From NCBI GenBank assembly GCA_964248365.1, contig CAXTYC010000001.1, positions 32,001 through 96,000 on the forward strand: DNA of 64,000 nt, in the 5' to 3' direction. Shown one piece after another: positions 41,723 through 51,971 of this stretch. The notes beneath the pieces are model-generated. The model had not been told where the DNA came from and did not search any database. It was given only the letters and a program-made list of their open reading frames with translations. Made by a program: the position numbers and the translations under genes. The number at the start of each line of letters is the position of its first letter. Within the stretch, counting starts at the first letter, position 1. The DNA comes from an uncultured Chroococcidiopsis sp. (lineage in GTDB: Bacteria; Cyanobacteriota; Cyanobacteriia; Cyanobacteriales; Chroococcidiopsidaceae).

Positions 41723-42847
41723 TCAAGCAGGACTAGCTTGCATTCTTTGCTGGAGTAGGCGGAGAATTGAGGCTTTTTCCAAAATACCTATTAGTACTCC
41801 ATTCTCACGTACTACAGGTAAAGCCGATCGCTGTTGTTGTTCTAGTAGCATTGCTGCTTCTAGCAGTGTTTGATTTGATTTAACTACAGTTGATGTTTCG
41901 ATGGGTTGCATCACATCTTTGACGTGAGTTTCTGACCACATTGCACTCGAAATTTTTCTCAAATCATCCGGTGCGATCGCGCCTACTAATTGTCCTGCAT
42001 CATCTGTAACTAAGAATCTGCGCCAGCTATTATTGCTAAGGATAGACTCGTCAGCAAATTCTCTCAAAGAAAGATTAGCACAGATGACAGGGCTATCAGG
42101 CGTTACAGCATCAGCTACTGTCAGATCGTTGAGCTTTGCTTGCACTGTAGCAGAAGAAGCAGCCCGACCAGCGTTTTGTAGCAAGAAGAAACCGATTAAC
42201 AAATTCCAGACGTTACCAAAACTACCGTAGGTTAGGAAAGGAATTAACGCACTGGCGATCGCTAACCAACCGATAAATTGACCTGCACGGCTGGCAAAAA
42301 CAACGCCTTTATAAGGATTTCCGGTAATTTTCCAAACTAGCGCCTTGAGGATATTTCCACCATCTAGCGGTAAACCAGGAATTAGGTTATACACTGCCAA
42401 CGCTAAGTTTACATAAGCCAGCGTTCCTAATAATACAGCAAAGGGTGCTGTGAAGGCAATAGTGGCATTAATCGCTGTGAAGATCCCAAACAGCAAAATA
42501 CTGACTAGAGGACCTGCGATCGCCACCCAAAACGCTTGTGCTGGAGTCGTTGACTCTTTTTCTAGGCTTGCAAGACCGCCGAACAGAAACAGAGTAATTG
42601 ATTTAACTGCAATTCCTTGCTTAATAGCTACAAAGCTGTGTCCTAATTCATGCGCTAGGACAGAAGCAAATAACAATAATGCTGTAACTAATCCCAGCAG
42701 CAAAGGTAATCCATTACCCAAGCCTGGAAATTGAGCCGCTATTCCATTAGCATAACTCCAGGTGACTAAACCTAGAATTAAGAACCAGGACGGAGCGACA
42801 TAAAAGGGAATCCCGAACAGATTTCCCACTCGAATATTGCCGTTCAT
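41723..42847 (-). CDS. Site-2 protease (M50) with CBS domains
   Basis: HELGH, NLIPGLPLDGG, C-terminal CBS pair; AGAGG before MNGNIRVG. Confidence 0.92.
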   Translation of the reverse strand: MNGNIRVGNLFGIPFYVAPSWFLILGLVTWSYANGIAAQFPGLGNGLPLLLGLVTALLLFASVLAHELGHSFVAIKQGIAVKSITLFLFGGLASLEKESTTPAQAFWVAIAGPLVSILLFGIFTAINATIAFTAPFAVLLGTLAYVNLALAVYNLIPGLPLDGGNILKALVWKITGNPYKGVVFASRAGQFIGWLAIASALIPFLTYGSFGNVWNLLIGFFLLQNAGRAASSATVQAKLNDLTVADAVTPDSPVICANLSLREFADESILSNNSWRRFLVTDDAGQLVGAIAPDDLRKISSAMWSETHVKDVMQPIETSTVVKSNQTLLEAAMLLEQQQRSALPVVRENGVLIGILEKASILRLLQQRMQASPA

Positions 42848-43232
42848 ATTGGCAACCTCTGACTTTAGCTTATTTGAGATGTTTACCACCTCTGTATGTT
42901 CTCATCGTAACGAAATGTAAATAGCTTTTTAATCTTTTAGTTACCGTGATAGCCGTCTGGTTAGGTGCGGTTATTCAGTTACCAGTTATCAGTAGACCTC
43001 GTAGCAATTGTATTTTTTTTGTTTCTCGCAAAGACAAGGACACCCAGGTGGGCGGGTTTCCCGACAGGAGGCAAAGTGTCCGCGCAAAGCCGCAAAGCAA
43101 GGACGCAAAAAGTCCCGAATAGCTCCTTATGCAAGAAGTCTAGTTACCAGTTACCAGTTACCAATACATCCTTTATCCTAGCCTGCGGCAACGCGCGCGA
43201 ACACACTTCATCCTTCATACTTCATAGCTGTT

Positions 43233-44315
43233 ATGGAACAAGACAATCGCTCATTACTTATTAACTCTTCTGATGATAGATTGGCGTTTGAGACTTATCT
43301 GCATGACTTGCATTGCAAATACAAGCCATTGCGCGAGGGTAAACTAGCAAATTGCATTCCAGAATTGGCAAAAGTGAATCCTGACTTATTTAGTATTTGT
43401 GTGATTACAGTAGATGGTCAAGTTTACCAGGTTGGGGATTATAATCACTTATTTACGATTCAGTCTATTTCAAAAGTATTTGTATATGGGATGGCGCTTG
43501 AGGATCACGGGCGCGATTATGTTTTACACAAGGGTTGGTGTGGAACCGACAGGAGATGCTTTCAACGCTATTGTTCTGGATGAAAAATCCAAGCGACCTT
43601 ATAACCCTATGGTTAATGCAGGAGCGATCGCAACTACAAGCTTAATTAAAGGCTATGGTGCAACAGAACGGCTCAACCGTATGCTGGAAATGTTTCAGCG
43701 GTACATTGGTCACGATATTTTCGTTGACATTTCTGTATTGATGATTGAACACTGCTGAAAATATAGGTCAAGCGCTTCGTCGATTTTTTGATCGATCATG
43801 CCAAAATTCAGCATTAGATGTGCCATAGCGCGATTACGATGTCCCGTTGTGCATTCTGACATGGTTAACTGCCATGACTTGGCATTGATGGCGGCTACGC
43901 TTGCTAATAAAGGTATCAATCCAATCACAAAAGAGCAAGCGGTTAAAACCTGTTATATCAAAGATATCTTAAGTGTAATGTATACCTGCGGGATGTATAA
44001 CGAAAGCAGGTGAGTGGGTGTATAAAGTTGGTTTACCAGCCAAAAGCCCTCTAGTCGGCGGTGTGGCTTTGCCTCCCGCCGAACTAGAGCAAGCGTGGCG
44101 TTAGTGGCGGTATTATCGTTGTTGTTCCCAATCAGGGAGGTATCGGCGTATTTTCACCTCTGCTTGATGCGAATGGTAATAGCGTTCGGGGAATTAAGGT
44201 TTGTGAAGAACTTTCGCAAGAGCTAAGGCTGCAATTGTTTAAATGTTCGACAGATACACAGCCAAATTTCTTGTCTCACAAAAACGCTGATGTTAGTCAA
44301 ACAAACCAATACTGA
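43233..44315 (+). pseudogene. glsA: Glutaminase A pseudogene (frameshifts, internal inversion, hairpin insertion)
   Basis: [54 protein letters not shown] motifs spread over several frames and both strands. Confidence 0.9.
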
Positions 44316-44420
44316 CGTACTACTGGTGACTTTTACCTTAAAATAAGGATTGGCTCAATTAATCCGCTATGGCGAATAGCTAGATTTTTCAGGTAAAGTA
44401 AAATTCTTTCTACATAAATT

Positions 44421-44897
44421 ATGGTTCAGTACACTCTCGCTCAGGCTCCAGAAGTCATTTTGACAGTTTCCGGTAAAGATTCAGCGAAAGCTCGTGACAA
44501 AGCAATGGATCAGCTGATGGAGCAGATAGATGAAGGTAAACTACCTACAGATCTATCAGAAGGATTTAGCCCCGAACAATTGATTGAAGTAAAAGAATCA
44601 ATAACGATGGATAATGCTAGCAATGAGGACGCAATTACCCAAGCAGTACAAGTTCTCAATAATCTTGCCACACTCAAGCTAAAGGTGCAGGAGTCACGCA
44701 CTGAAGCACTGGAAATTCGTAAAGCAGTTGATGTACTGTTTACAGATAAGTCTGTGAGCGATGAGGAAATTACTCGTCTCAAGGAAGGTTTTAAGGTACT
44801 GAAAAACTTTGCTCAGGCTAATGTGCGCTATCAGGAAGCTAAAGCCAAAGCAGAAGAAGCTCGTGCTATCCTCGATCAAGCTTTAAAATCACAGTAA
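44421..44897 (+). CDS. Hypothetical coiled-coil protein
   Basis: 158-aa ORF with helical charged composition. Confidence 0.8.
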   Translation: MVQYTLAQAPEVILTVSGKDSAKARDKAMDQLMEQIDEGKLPTDLSEGFSPEQLIEVKESITMDNASNEDAITQAVQVLNNLATLKLKVQESRTEALEIRKAVDVLFTDKSVSDEEITRLKEGFKVLKNFAQANVRYQEAKAKAEEARAILDQALKSQ

Positions 44898-45119
44898 AAA
44901 GTAAACTCAAGCCGAATTTGGTTAATCAGTACCGAATTAAAGCGATCGCACCGTAGCAACAAAACAAGGGCGATCGCTAAAGACTAGACTAAGAGCAAAT
45001 ATAATTGCTTTGCGCTAAGACACATCGGTTGAATAGAACCATATATAAGTAGATATGGTAAAGAGTAGGGGCGATCTTACTGATGGGGAGGATGGGTACG
45101 CGATCGCCTTCAACCTACA

Positions 45120-45404
45120 TTGTGCCTTCCCCAAGATGTAATTGCCTTCCTTGGCTTAGAACTATTAAAAGAAGTTGATGTAGCTACCGCCACAGGCATT
45201 AGCAAAGCACATATCTTTCAAGATGCTAAAATTTTCCTGCTGGAAAGGGAAGGAACCTTTGAAGGTCTAGAATTACCAGGAGGTAGGGATGCACTATTAG
45301 GCGTGATTCCCCTAGAAGCATTGGGAATTGAATTAGACTTGCAAAATCAAATCTTAAAACTCTTACCCATTAGCCCTAACGATACTTATTTAACTATCCT
45401 TTAA
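45120..45404 (+). pseudogene. 5'-truncated clan AA aspartyl protease-like gene
   Basis: LCLP..VI..LGL, ALLGVIPLEALGIELDL; the expected upstream DTG catalytic motif is absent. Confidence 0.6.
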
Positions 45405-45640
45405 CAGTACCCATGTCTGAGCCGACTTAGCTAAATATATCGTGATTTAATCTGACTTAAGCTACTAGAAAAACAGCATCTTCTAAACCGCTCCAATAGG
45501 TGCGTTACGCTTACGCTAACACACCCTACACAAAATATTCATGTAACAGATCTAATAAAATTCCTCTTCCCTTCCTATCTTTGCGCCCTTTGCGCCTAAC
45601 GTCCTTCGGGCTTCGCTTCGCTGGTGCGGTTCGTTAAAAC

Positions 45641-45670
45641 AAAAAAGCCTCTCGACATGAGAGGCTAAAA
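45641..45670 (-). terminator. Intrinsic terminator
   Basis: AAAAAAGCCTCTC...GAGGCT downstream of the large minus-strand gene. Confidence 0.6.
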
Positions 45671-45692
45671 AGCACACAAACCAAACCAAACC

Positions 45693-48600
45693 TTACAAAG
45701 CCACAGCAACCGCCCCAGCAATCGCCGAACAAATCGCAGACACTAACGCAGTACCAAACAACCACCAAGCAGCTGATGCAGCCGCCTTTCTGGTTTCCTC
45801 TGCTTGGCGCTGCGCTTGCTCCTTCACAGCTTCTAAACGTCGTTGCGCCTCGTGCTGAATCCGCTCTGCCCGTTGCAGGACAGTGTTACGCGCACCCTCA
45901 ATCTGATCGATAATCCGGTTAGCATCCGCCTCGGAAATATCCTCACGGGAACTCAGAACCGCAACCAGAGTATCACGATTGAACGAAGAAAGCCGCGAAC
46001 GTATGGCATCAAATCCCGCCTGCGGATCGTCAAACATTTTGCGGACATCGCGCTTGATGCTGTCATAGTTAAGTTCAGGACGGTCAAGCGAATTAAGGTA
46101 ATGGCGAATTCTGGCAAAAATCCCCTCAATTGTATCTTGAATCCGCCGCTGAATCGCCCGTACTTGTTCCACAAATTGCTCACGGACTGATAAAACTTGA
46201 TCTACAATTCGGGCAGCTTCCTGATCCGAAATATCCTCGCGCAGTTTCAGCAGGGAAATTAAGGTATCGCGGTCGAAATGGGAAAGGCGATCGCTCAAAC
46301 TCTCCACCCCAGCTCGTGGATCGTGCAACAATAGATTCAAATCGCGCTTGATCCCCTCTGGGTTGAGTTCTTCCTTGCCAGTGTAGCGCAGGTATTCTTC
46401 TAGATAAGTTCGGAAATCATTCACTCTTTGCTGTGTCCGACTTGCAAAGCGACGGGGTGCTTTGACAATATCCCGAATTGAAGATTGAAGAGAATCGATT
46501 ACCTGATTAACTTGCTCTTCACTCAAGTCTTGACGTTGACTCAACAACTTCACCAGCGTGTCTCGATCAACTTGAGACAAGCGCCTTCTCAAGGCGGCGG
46601 CTCCCTCTTTCGGGTTAGAAAACAGTTTATTCAAATCCCGCTGGATGCCTTCGGGATTTAACTCTGACTTGCCAGTATTACGCAGATAATCAGCGATCGT
46701 CTGCGTGACAGAATCATACTGCTCCTTAGCTTTATCCGCTACCTTTTGCGGTGCGTGCCGAATGCTACTCCAAGAATCCTCAACAGAAGAGACAATTTGA
46801 TTTACTTGCTCTTCACTCAAATCTTGCCGCTGACTCAACAGTTTTACCAACGTGTCGCGGTCAAAGCGAGACAGTCTCGCCCCAATCGCCCCTGCTCCGG
46901 CTTGCGGATCTTCTAACAGAGTTTTCAGATCAGCTCTGATTCCATCAGGATTTAGTTGCTCTTTACCTGTGTTACGCAGATATGACTCTAAATTCAACCA
47001 CAGGCTTTCTGCTTGATATTTTGCTTGTTCTGCCAGTCCCTGAGACTCTACTACAACTTGATTGCGCTGTTTTTCCAGTTGATCCAAGATAGGATCTACT
47101 TCTTCGGGCGCAATATCATTGCGTTGGAGCAGCACTTGCCTCATTGATTCGCGGTCAAGACTAGCTAGGCGAAGATTGAGAGTATCATGATCTGTGTCTG
47201 GATCTTGAAGCAGTGGTTTGAAATTCTGCTCTATTCCTGGGGCAGTTAATTCTGCCTTACTCGTAACGAGCAAATAACTTTCTACACGACGCTGTAGTTC
47301 TTGTGCCGCCTCTTTTTCCTCAGCTGCTCTGACCTGGGCTAAAACTTCCATGCGGATAGCTTCTAACTGATCAGCAATATTATTGATTTGAGCTTGGGTA
47401 AGAATACCCCGCTGCCCTAGCAGTTGCACAAAATCGTTTCTTGATAGTTGCTCTAGCTGACGGCGTACTATGCCAGGATCGGCTGCGGGATCGTAGAGTA
47501 CATCTCGAAATTCCTGGGCAATTTTGTCCCGACTCATCTGCCAGGAGTAGGTATTGAGCAGGTAGTTTTCCACATCCGCCCGAATGGTGCTATATGGAAC
47601 TTCTGCGGATTTCATACCTGTTTGAGTAGCTACCTTATCCACTTGATCGGTAACTTTGTCTCTAGCGGTTAAGAGCGATCGCAATATCTTTTCTACATCT
47701 AAATCAGATAGATCCGCTCGTCCCATCACCATACCCATTAAGGTGTTGATGCCAGTCTGGAGAGTTTGCTGAACAGGACCTGGCGTAGCTTGTTCGGCTC
47801 CCTTTTGATCGCTAGAGTTAGATGAGCGCATTTCTGCCATCAGCTGATCGAGCTTTTGGTTTAGCTCATCTGTTTTTGTCTGTCCTGGCTGCACAGACTT
47901 GATATAATCGATCAATTCATCCATGCGATCACGCTGCGGCGGAGCTTGCTGATCCACCACTTGCCGCCAAACACTTTCTAGCTGGTCTACGATACGGTTC
48001 ATATCCCGTTTTGATAGATCGGTGCGATTGCCAATCAAATCGATAAACTTCTGCCGATCAATATTACGCAAGTCTTGACTACCAGCAACAGCTTTTAGCT
48101 GCGGATCGTTGAGTAACTTTTCAAATTCACCCCGAATCTTTGATAAATCTAGTTCTGGGGGACGGAGCATTTCCAGGTAATCTTCGATGTTGTCGCGGAT
48201 ACTGGCAGGGTCTACAGCACTTCCTAGTTCGCGGCGCACAGCTGCTGCTGCTGCTTCAGCCGTCGATACCACTTGCTGATTAACAGCTTTAGCTCCCAGT
48301 GCGGCAGTAGCTGTTCCCATGATCGCCTGAAAACCAGAAGTTGCTGCATTGACAACTGAACCGATCAACGAACCTACAGTCGTCGAACTCACCCAAACCA
48401 GCAGCAAAAAGTATGCGCCCCATATCACCAAACCCAGGATCGCTCCTAATCCCACATTCACAGTCAACAAGCTTAGTTGCACTGCTAAAAAACAAGCGAT
48501 CGCTAAGGCGATACTGACAGTTACTAACGTCCAAACCCCTACTGCTGTACCAATTTTGCGAACTGTGCCGCCCACACTGCCCGACTCATGAGTGCCTACA

Positions 48601-48836
48601 TCTGGTTCTGATTGCCGCCCCAAGATCGAAATTCCGGCGGCTACAGATAAGTTGGTTAATACCAATTGGACAGCAAAAGCCAAGATCACGCCCGATATCA
48701 AGGCGACAAAAAATCTTGGACCTGACAATACAAACGCTGCCTCTGCTGGCGTGGTGACTCCGCCATTTGTTGGTATTTGTGCCAACCAGAAGAGTGTTTT
48801 GTACAGTCCCGTGATTGTTTCTGTATTCTGAAACAT
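45693..48836 (-). CDS. Large membrane protein with ~100-aa helical repeats, function unknown
   Basis: 3 N-terminal TM, 1 C-terminal TM; repeats YLR.TGK.ELNPEGI.RDL..L..DP..G...L..RLS.FDRDTLV.LLSQR.D.SE; probable start MFQNTET after GAAGGA. Confidence 0.85.
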   Translation of the reverse strand: MFQNTETITGLYKTLFWLAQIPTNGGVTTPAEAAFVLSGPRFFVALISGVILAFAVQLVLTNLSVAAGISILGRQSEPDVGTHESGSVGGTVRKIGTAVGVWTLVTVSIALAIACFLAVQLSLLTVNVGLGAILGLVIWGAYFLLLVWVSSTTVGSLIGSVVNAATSGFQAIMGTATAALGAKAVNQQVVSTAEAAAAAVRRELGSAVDPASIRDNIEDYLEMLRPPELDLSKIRGEFEKLLNDPQLKAVAGSQDLRNIDRQKFIDLIGNRTDLSKRDMNRIVDQLESVWRQVVDQQAPPQRDRMDELIDYIKSVQPGQTKTDELNQKLDQLMAEMRSSNSSDQKGAEQATPGPVQQTLQTGINTLMGMVMGRADLSDLDVEKILRSLLTARDKVTDQVDKVATQTGMKSAEVPYSTIRADVENYLLNTYSWQMSRDKIAQEFRDVLYDPAADPGIVRRQLEQLSRNDFVQLLGQRGILTQAQINNIADQLEAIRMEVLAQVRAAEEKEAAQELQRRVESYLLVTSKAELTAPGIEQNFKPLLQDPDTDHDTLNLRLASLDRESMRQVLLQRNDIAPEEVDPILDQLEKQRNQVVVESQGLAEQAKYQAESLWLNLESYLRNTGKEQLNPDGIRADLKTLLEDPQAGAGAIGARLSRFDRDTLVKLLSQRQDLSEEQVNQIVSSVEDSWSSIRHAPQKVADKAKEQYDSVTQTIADYLRNTGKSELNPEGIQRDLNKLFSNPKEGAAALRRRLSQVDRDTLVKLLSQRQDLSEEQVNQVIDSLQSSIRDIVKAPRRFASRTQQRVNDFRTYLEEYLRYTGKEELNPEGIKRDLNLLLHDPRAGVESLSDRLSHFDRDTLISLLKLREDISDQEAARIVDQVLSVREQFVEQVRAIQRRIQDTIEGIFARIRHYLNSLDRPELNYDSIKRDVRKMFDDPQAGFDAIRSRLSSFNRDTLVAVLSSREDISEADANRIIDQIEGARNTVLQRAERIQHEAQRRLEAVKEQAQRQAEETRKAAASAAWWLFGTALVSAICSAIAGAVAVAL

Positions 48837-49259
48837 TGTATTTCCTTCGATTAAGCTGCAATCAGCGCTAATTTTAAGTGTTATGTGAGGAGGAATTCTG
48901 GACTTTAGAATTTTCAACGCAACTACATAGGCTTAGAATCACCGCCCAGGGCTGCTTTAAGCATCCACCTCAGGTCTGAAAACTATGTCTTTTGCAGGAT
49001 GAGATTAAATTTACAAAAGCCAAGGTTTATTGAAAATAGCAGCAAGTAAGTGAATATATATACTTATTTCCAGTTATATCTAATACATTGCTGTAAAAAT
49101 CAAGCTTTTACACTCTCGATTGATAGAATTTCCTCACCTAAAAAGCACTTTGTAATAGTCCATTAGAAGGGGTAGCAGATTATGTCTCCAGACAGAAAGC
49201 AATTTTAAGATTCTTAACTAAATTAAAGATATCGAAGCAATTATTGGTCGGAGCAAAAG

Positions 49260-49469
49260 ATGGAAACCCGCGAAACTCGCCCTACTACTGATTTACCTCC
49301 TGTCGCTACAGAATACAACGGCGTAGATCGCAACGCCTTTTTGTTTGGCTATAATCCCCAAGCTGAATTGTGGAACGGACGCTTGGCAATGATTGGTTTT
49401 CTAGCTTACTTACTTTGGGACATGGCAGGATATAGCGTCCTACGTGATGTATTGCATCTAATTGGCTAA
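49260..49469 (+). CDS. High-light-inducible protein (Hlip/SCP)
   Basis: AELWNGRLAMIGF chlorophyll-binding motif. Confidence 0.92.
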   Translation: METRETRPTTDLPPVATEYNGVDRNAFLFGYNPQAELWNGRLAMIGFLAYLLWDMAGYSVLRDVLHLIG

Positions 49470-49525
49470 TCAAGAATAAACACCAAAAAAACCAATCTAT
49501 ACAATCTATATAGGAATACAAAACA

Positions 49526-49735
49526 ATGCAATCTCCCGAAACTCGTCCTGCTACCGATGTACCACCTGTTGCTAAAGCTTACAACGGCGTAGACCGCAAT
49601 ACCTTTTTGTTTGGCTGGAATCCCCAAGCTGAACTATGGAACGGACGCTTGGCAATGATTGGTTTTCTAGCCTACTTACTTTGGGATATGGCAGGATACA
49701 GTGTTCTACGTGACCTACTGCACCTGGTTGGATAA
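49526..49735 (+). CDS. High-light-inducible protein (Hlip/SCP), tandem paralog
   Basis: AELWNGRLAMIGF; near-identical to the upstream copy. Confidence 0.92.
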   Translation: MQSPETRPATDVPPVAKAYNGVDRNTFLFGWNPQAELWNGRLAMIGFLAYLLWDMAGYSVLRDLLHLVG

Positions 49736-49750
49736 GAAATCTCATCTCAC

Positions 49751-49799
49751 AAGCAAACTAGCGGTTAGGCGTAAAAGCCATAACCGCTAGTTTGTTTTT
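49751..49799. terminator. Intrinsic terminator between the Hlips and the convergent GTPase operon
   Basis: CAAACTAGCGGTTA...TAACCGCTAGTTTG-TTTTT. Confidence 0.75.
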
Positions 49800-49851
49800 A
49801 TAGCGGTTCTCGTTCCCAAGCTGAGCCTGGGAACGAAAAACTAGGAAGAGC

Positions 49852-50961
49852 CTAGATTAACTTTGAAAGGCGAAACCAAAACTGTGAACCACCCGCCTGA
49901 CGGTTATTGCAACCAATAGTACCCCCCCAACGTTCTATTGTAATGCGGCAAAAATAAAGTCCTAGACCACTTCTACCTGGTTGATTTTTACCTTGAGAAA
50001 ATTTTTGAAATAAAGTTGCAGCAACTTCTGGCTCTATACCATATCCTTCATCATCAACTGTAAAAAGAATAAATTCTCCTTCTTCTTTGACTCCAACAGT
50101 TACAGTTGAGCTAGGTGGACTGTACCTAAAAGCATTTTCTACTAAGTTAGTAATAACTCTTTCCAAACGTATCTTTTCTCCAACAACTTTCCATTCTCGC
50201 GTTTGGTCAACATTTGATTCTAGCTGCAAATTTTTATGATTTAAAGAAAAAGTTGGTGCTAAAGCGTTCACGACTTCCCTAGCACACAAAAGCGCGTCAG
50301 GAGCTTGCGAGGGATCAACTTCAGAATCTATTGATTCGACTTCAGCCGAAAACGCATCTAATATTTCTCGAATTAATGTTTCTTGTTTCTGACACTGTTT
50401 CTTACCAATTTCCAAATATTCTAAAGCTTTGGGAGATAAATTATTTAAGGTATGTAAAGAAAGAAGCTCAAAACAATATTTAATTGCGGTTAATTGTCCT
50501 GCTAAATCGTGGACTATACAATGAATCAAAATTTCTTTTTTTTGAATTTCTTTAATTAAGTTGTAATAACTTAAACTATTTTCCCTAGCTTTCTGGATTA
50601 AGGTCTGTTTATCTTGAAAATTAGCAATTATTAATAATATTTTTTTATTTTTTAAACTAACTGCTGAAGCTTCCAGGTACAATTCATCTCCTGACTCGTC
50701 AACTTCAATCCATATTCCTGATTTGAGCCTTCCTGTTTCATTTTCCATCCAAAAACTTTCTGCATCAATTAGAAAGTTTTCAAGCACGGGAAATTTTTCT
50801 CCTGGCATAAATTCATCACGCTTGCTATCTGCATCAGGATAAAATTGCCTAAACCAATTTGGCATAGCACCAATTATTTTAAAGTAATTATCATCACATC
50901 GCTCCATAGCTACAGTATCCAAGGCGGCAAATAACTCATCCGTGACAGAAGGGGTAATCAT
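49852..50961 (-). CDS. Cytoplasmic histidine kinase with uncharacterised N-terminal (PAS-like?) domain
   Basis: IVHDLAGQL H-box, NLVENAFRYS, DDEGYGI, LFQKF, GLGLYFC. Confidence 0.88.
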   Translation of the reverse strand: MITPSVTDELFAALDTVAMERCDDNYFKIIGAMPNWFRQFYPDADSKRDEFMPGEKFPVLENFLIDAESFWMENETGRLKSGIWIEVDESGDELYLEASAVSLKNKKILLIIANFQDKQTLIQKARENSLSYYNLIKEIQKKEILIHCIVHDLAGQLTAIKYCFELLSLHTLNNLSPKALEYLEIGKKQCQKQETLIREILDAFSAEVESIDSEVDPSQAPDALLCAREVVNALAPTFSLNHKNLQLESNVDQTREWKVVGEKIRLERVITNLVENAFRYSPPSSTVTVGVKEEGEFILFTVDDEGYGIEPEVAATLFQKFSQGKNQPGRSGLGLYFCRITIERWGGTIGCNNRQAGGSQFWFRLSKLI

Positions 50962-51971
50962 TTTACCTGGTAAGAGTATCGTAATGGCTCAATTATTTGT
51001 GTATCTAAAAGAGTACTCGTAGAGAAATATTTTTGCATTTCCCCAAGTTGATTAAATGTATTTTCATCGATTAAAATTTCTCTGGGACGAGCTTGATTTC
51101 CAAGTTGTTCTGCTAACTTGACGTGATGACCAACAGCAATAAGTGTTTTATTGTTTTTACTACCGATTATACCTAACGCAACCCTTCCTGAAGCAATACC
51201 GATTCCCGTCTCGAACGTGCAGCGTTTATCTTTTTGCCAAATACCAACTTCCCCTACTGCTTCAATCATACAGAGTGCTGCTGTAATTGCCCTCTCGCAT
51301 GGTGAGCCAGTTGCAGGTAGAATACCAAATAGAGCGATCGCTACATCTCCACTTATTTTATCTACCATACCACCTTGGTCAAGTACTGACTGAACTATAG
51401 TGGAAAAGTAGGATTTGAGTGCTAGAAAAATCTCCTCTGGCGAGTGGTTATCAATGTAAGAAGTTAATCCGCAGATGCGCGCCAGCAGAATGGTTACATC
51501 CCTGCGTTCTCCTCGTTCTAGTAGACGCAAAAACCCTTGAGATAAGTTTTCTGTGTCATAACGATTAATATACTGATTCAAGCTTCTGGCTTGTTTGTTC
51601 CGAATCAAGCTTAAATCATTACCCTTTTGTTGAACTAAACTGCGCTGGCTTTCAAACAAAGTTGCATCCAGCAATATAACCCAATCTCCTTCCTTTGCAG
51701 AAAAAATATGAACATCAGCGGAAATTCCTGACTCCATTTCTACACAAGGCAGATTTATTGGCGCTCCATTTAAAGGTAATAATCCTGTTAAAAATAATAT
51801 CTGTTGTTCTACATATTCCCCTTGTTGTAAGTTTGTTAATCCATACAAAGTCAAATTACCCCCCCAACGGGATAAGCGCCCATCTTTCATTACTAAAAGA
51901 TATGCTGGAGAACGACTTTCAATTGTAAATGTATGAAGAAAATTAACAACAGGATCAGGGAGGTAAAGCAT
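50958..51971 (-). CDS. Class III adenylate/guanylate cyclase-like protein, catalytically degenerate, with N-terminal PAS-like domain
   Basis: ERRDVTILLARICGLT, GGMVDKISGD, GIGIASG, VGHHVKLAEQL, EILID. Confidence 0.85.
   Translation of the reverse strand: MLYLPDPVVNFLHTFTIESRSPAYLLVMKDGRLSRWGGNLTLYGLTNLQQGEYVEQQILFLTGLLPLNGAPINLPCVEMESGISADVHIFSAKEGDWVILLDATLFESQRSLVQQKGNDLSLIRNKQARSLNQYINRYDTENLSQGFLRLLERGERRDVTILLARICGLTSYIDNHSPEEIFLALKSYFSTIVQSVLDQGGMVDKISGDVAIALFGILPATGSPCERAITAALCMIEAVGEVGIWQKDKRCTFETGIGIASGRVALGIIGSKNNKTLIAVGHHVKLAEQLGNQARPREILIDENTFNQLGEMQKYFSTSTLLDTQIIEPLRYSYQVK

Noticed and set aside
43741..43862. Programmed phase-variable inverton controlling glsA
   Set aside because: Only 3-bp inverted junction homology, no adjacent invertase, and re-inversion would not fix the other lesions
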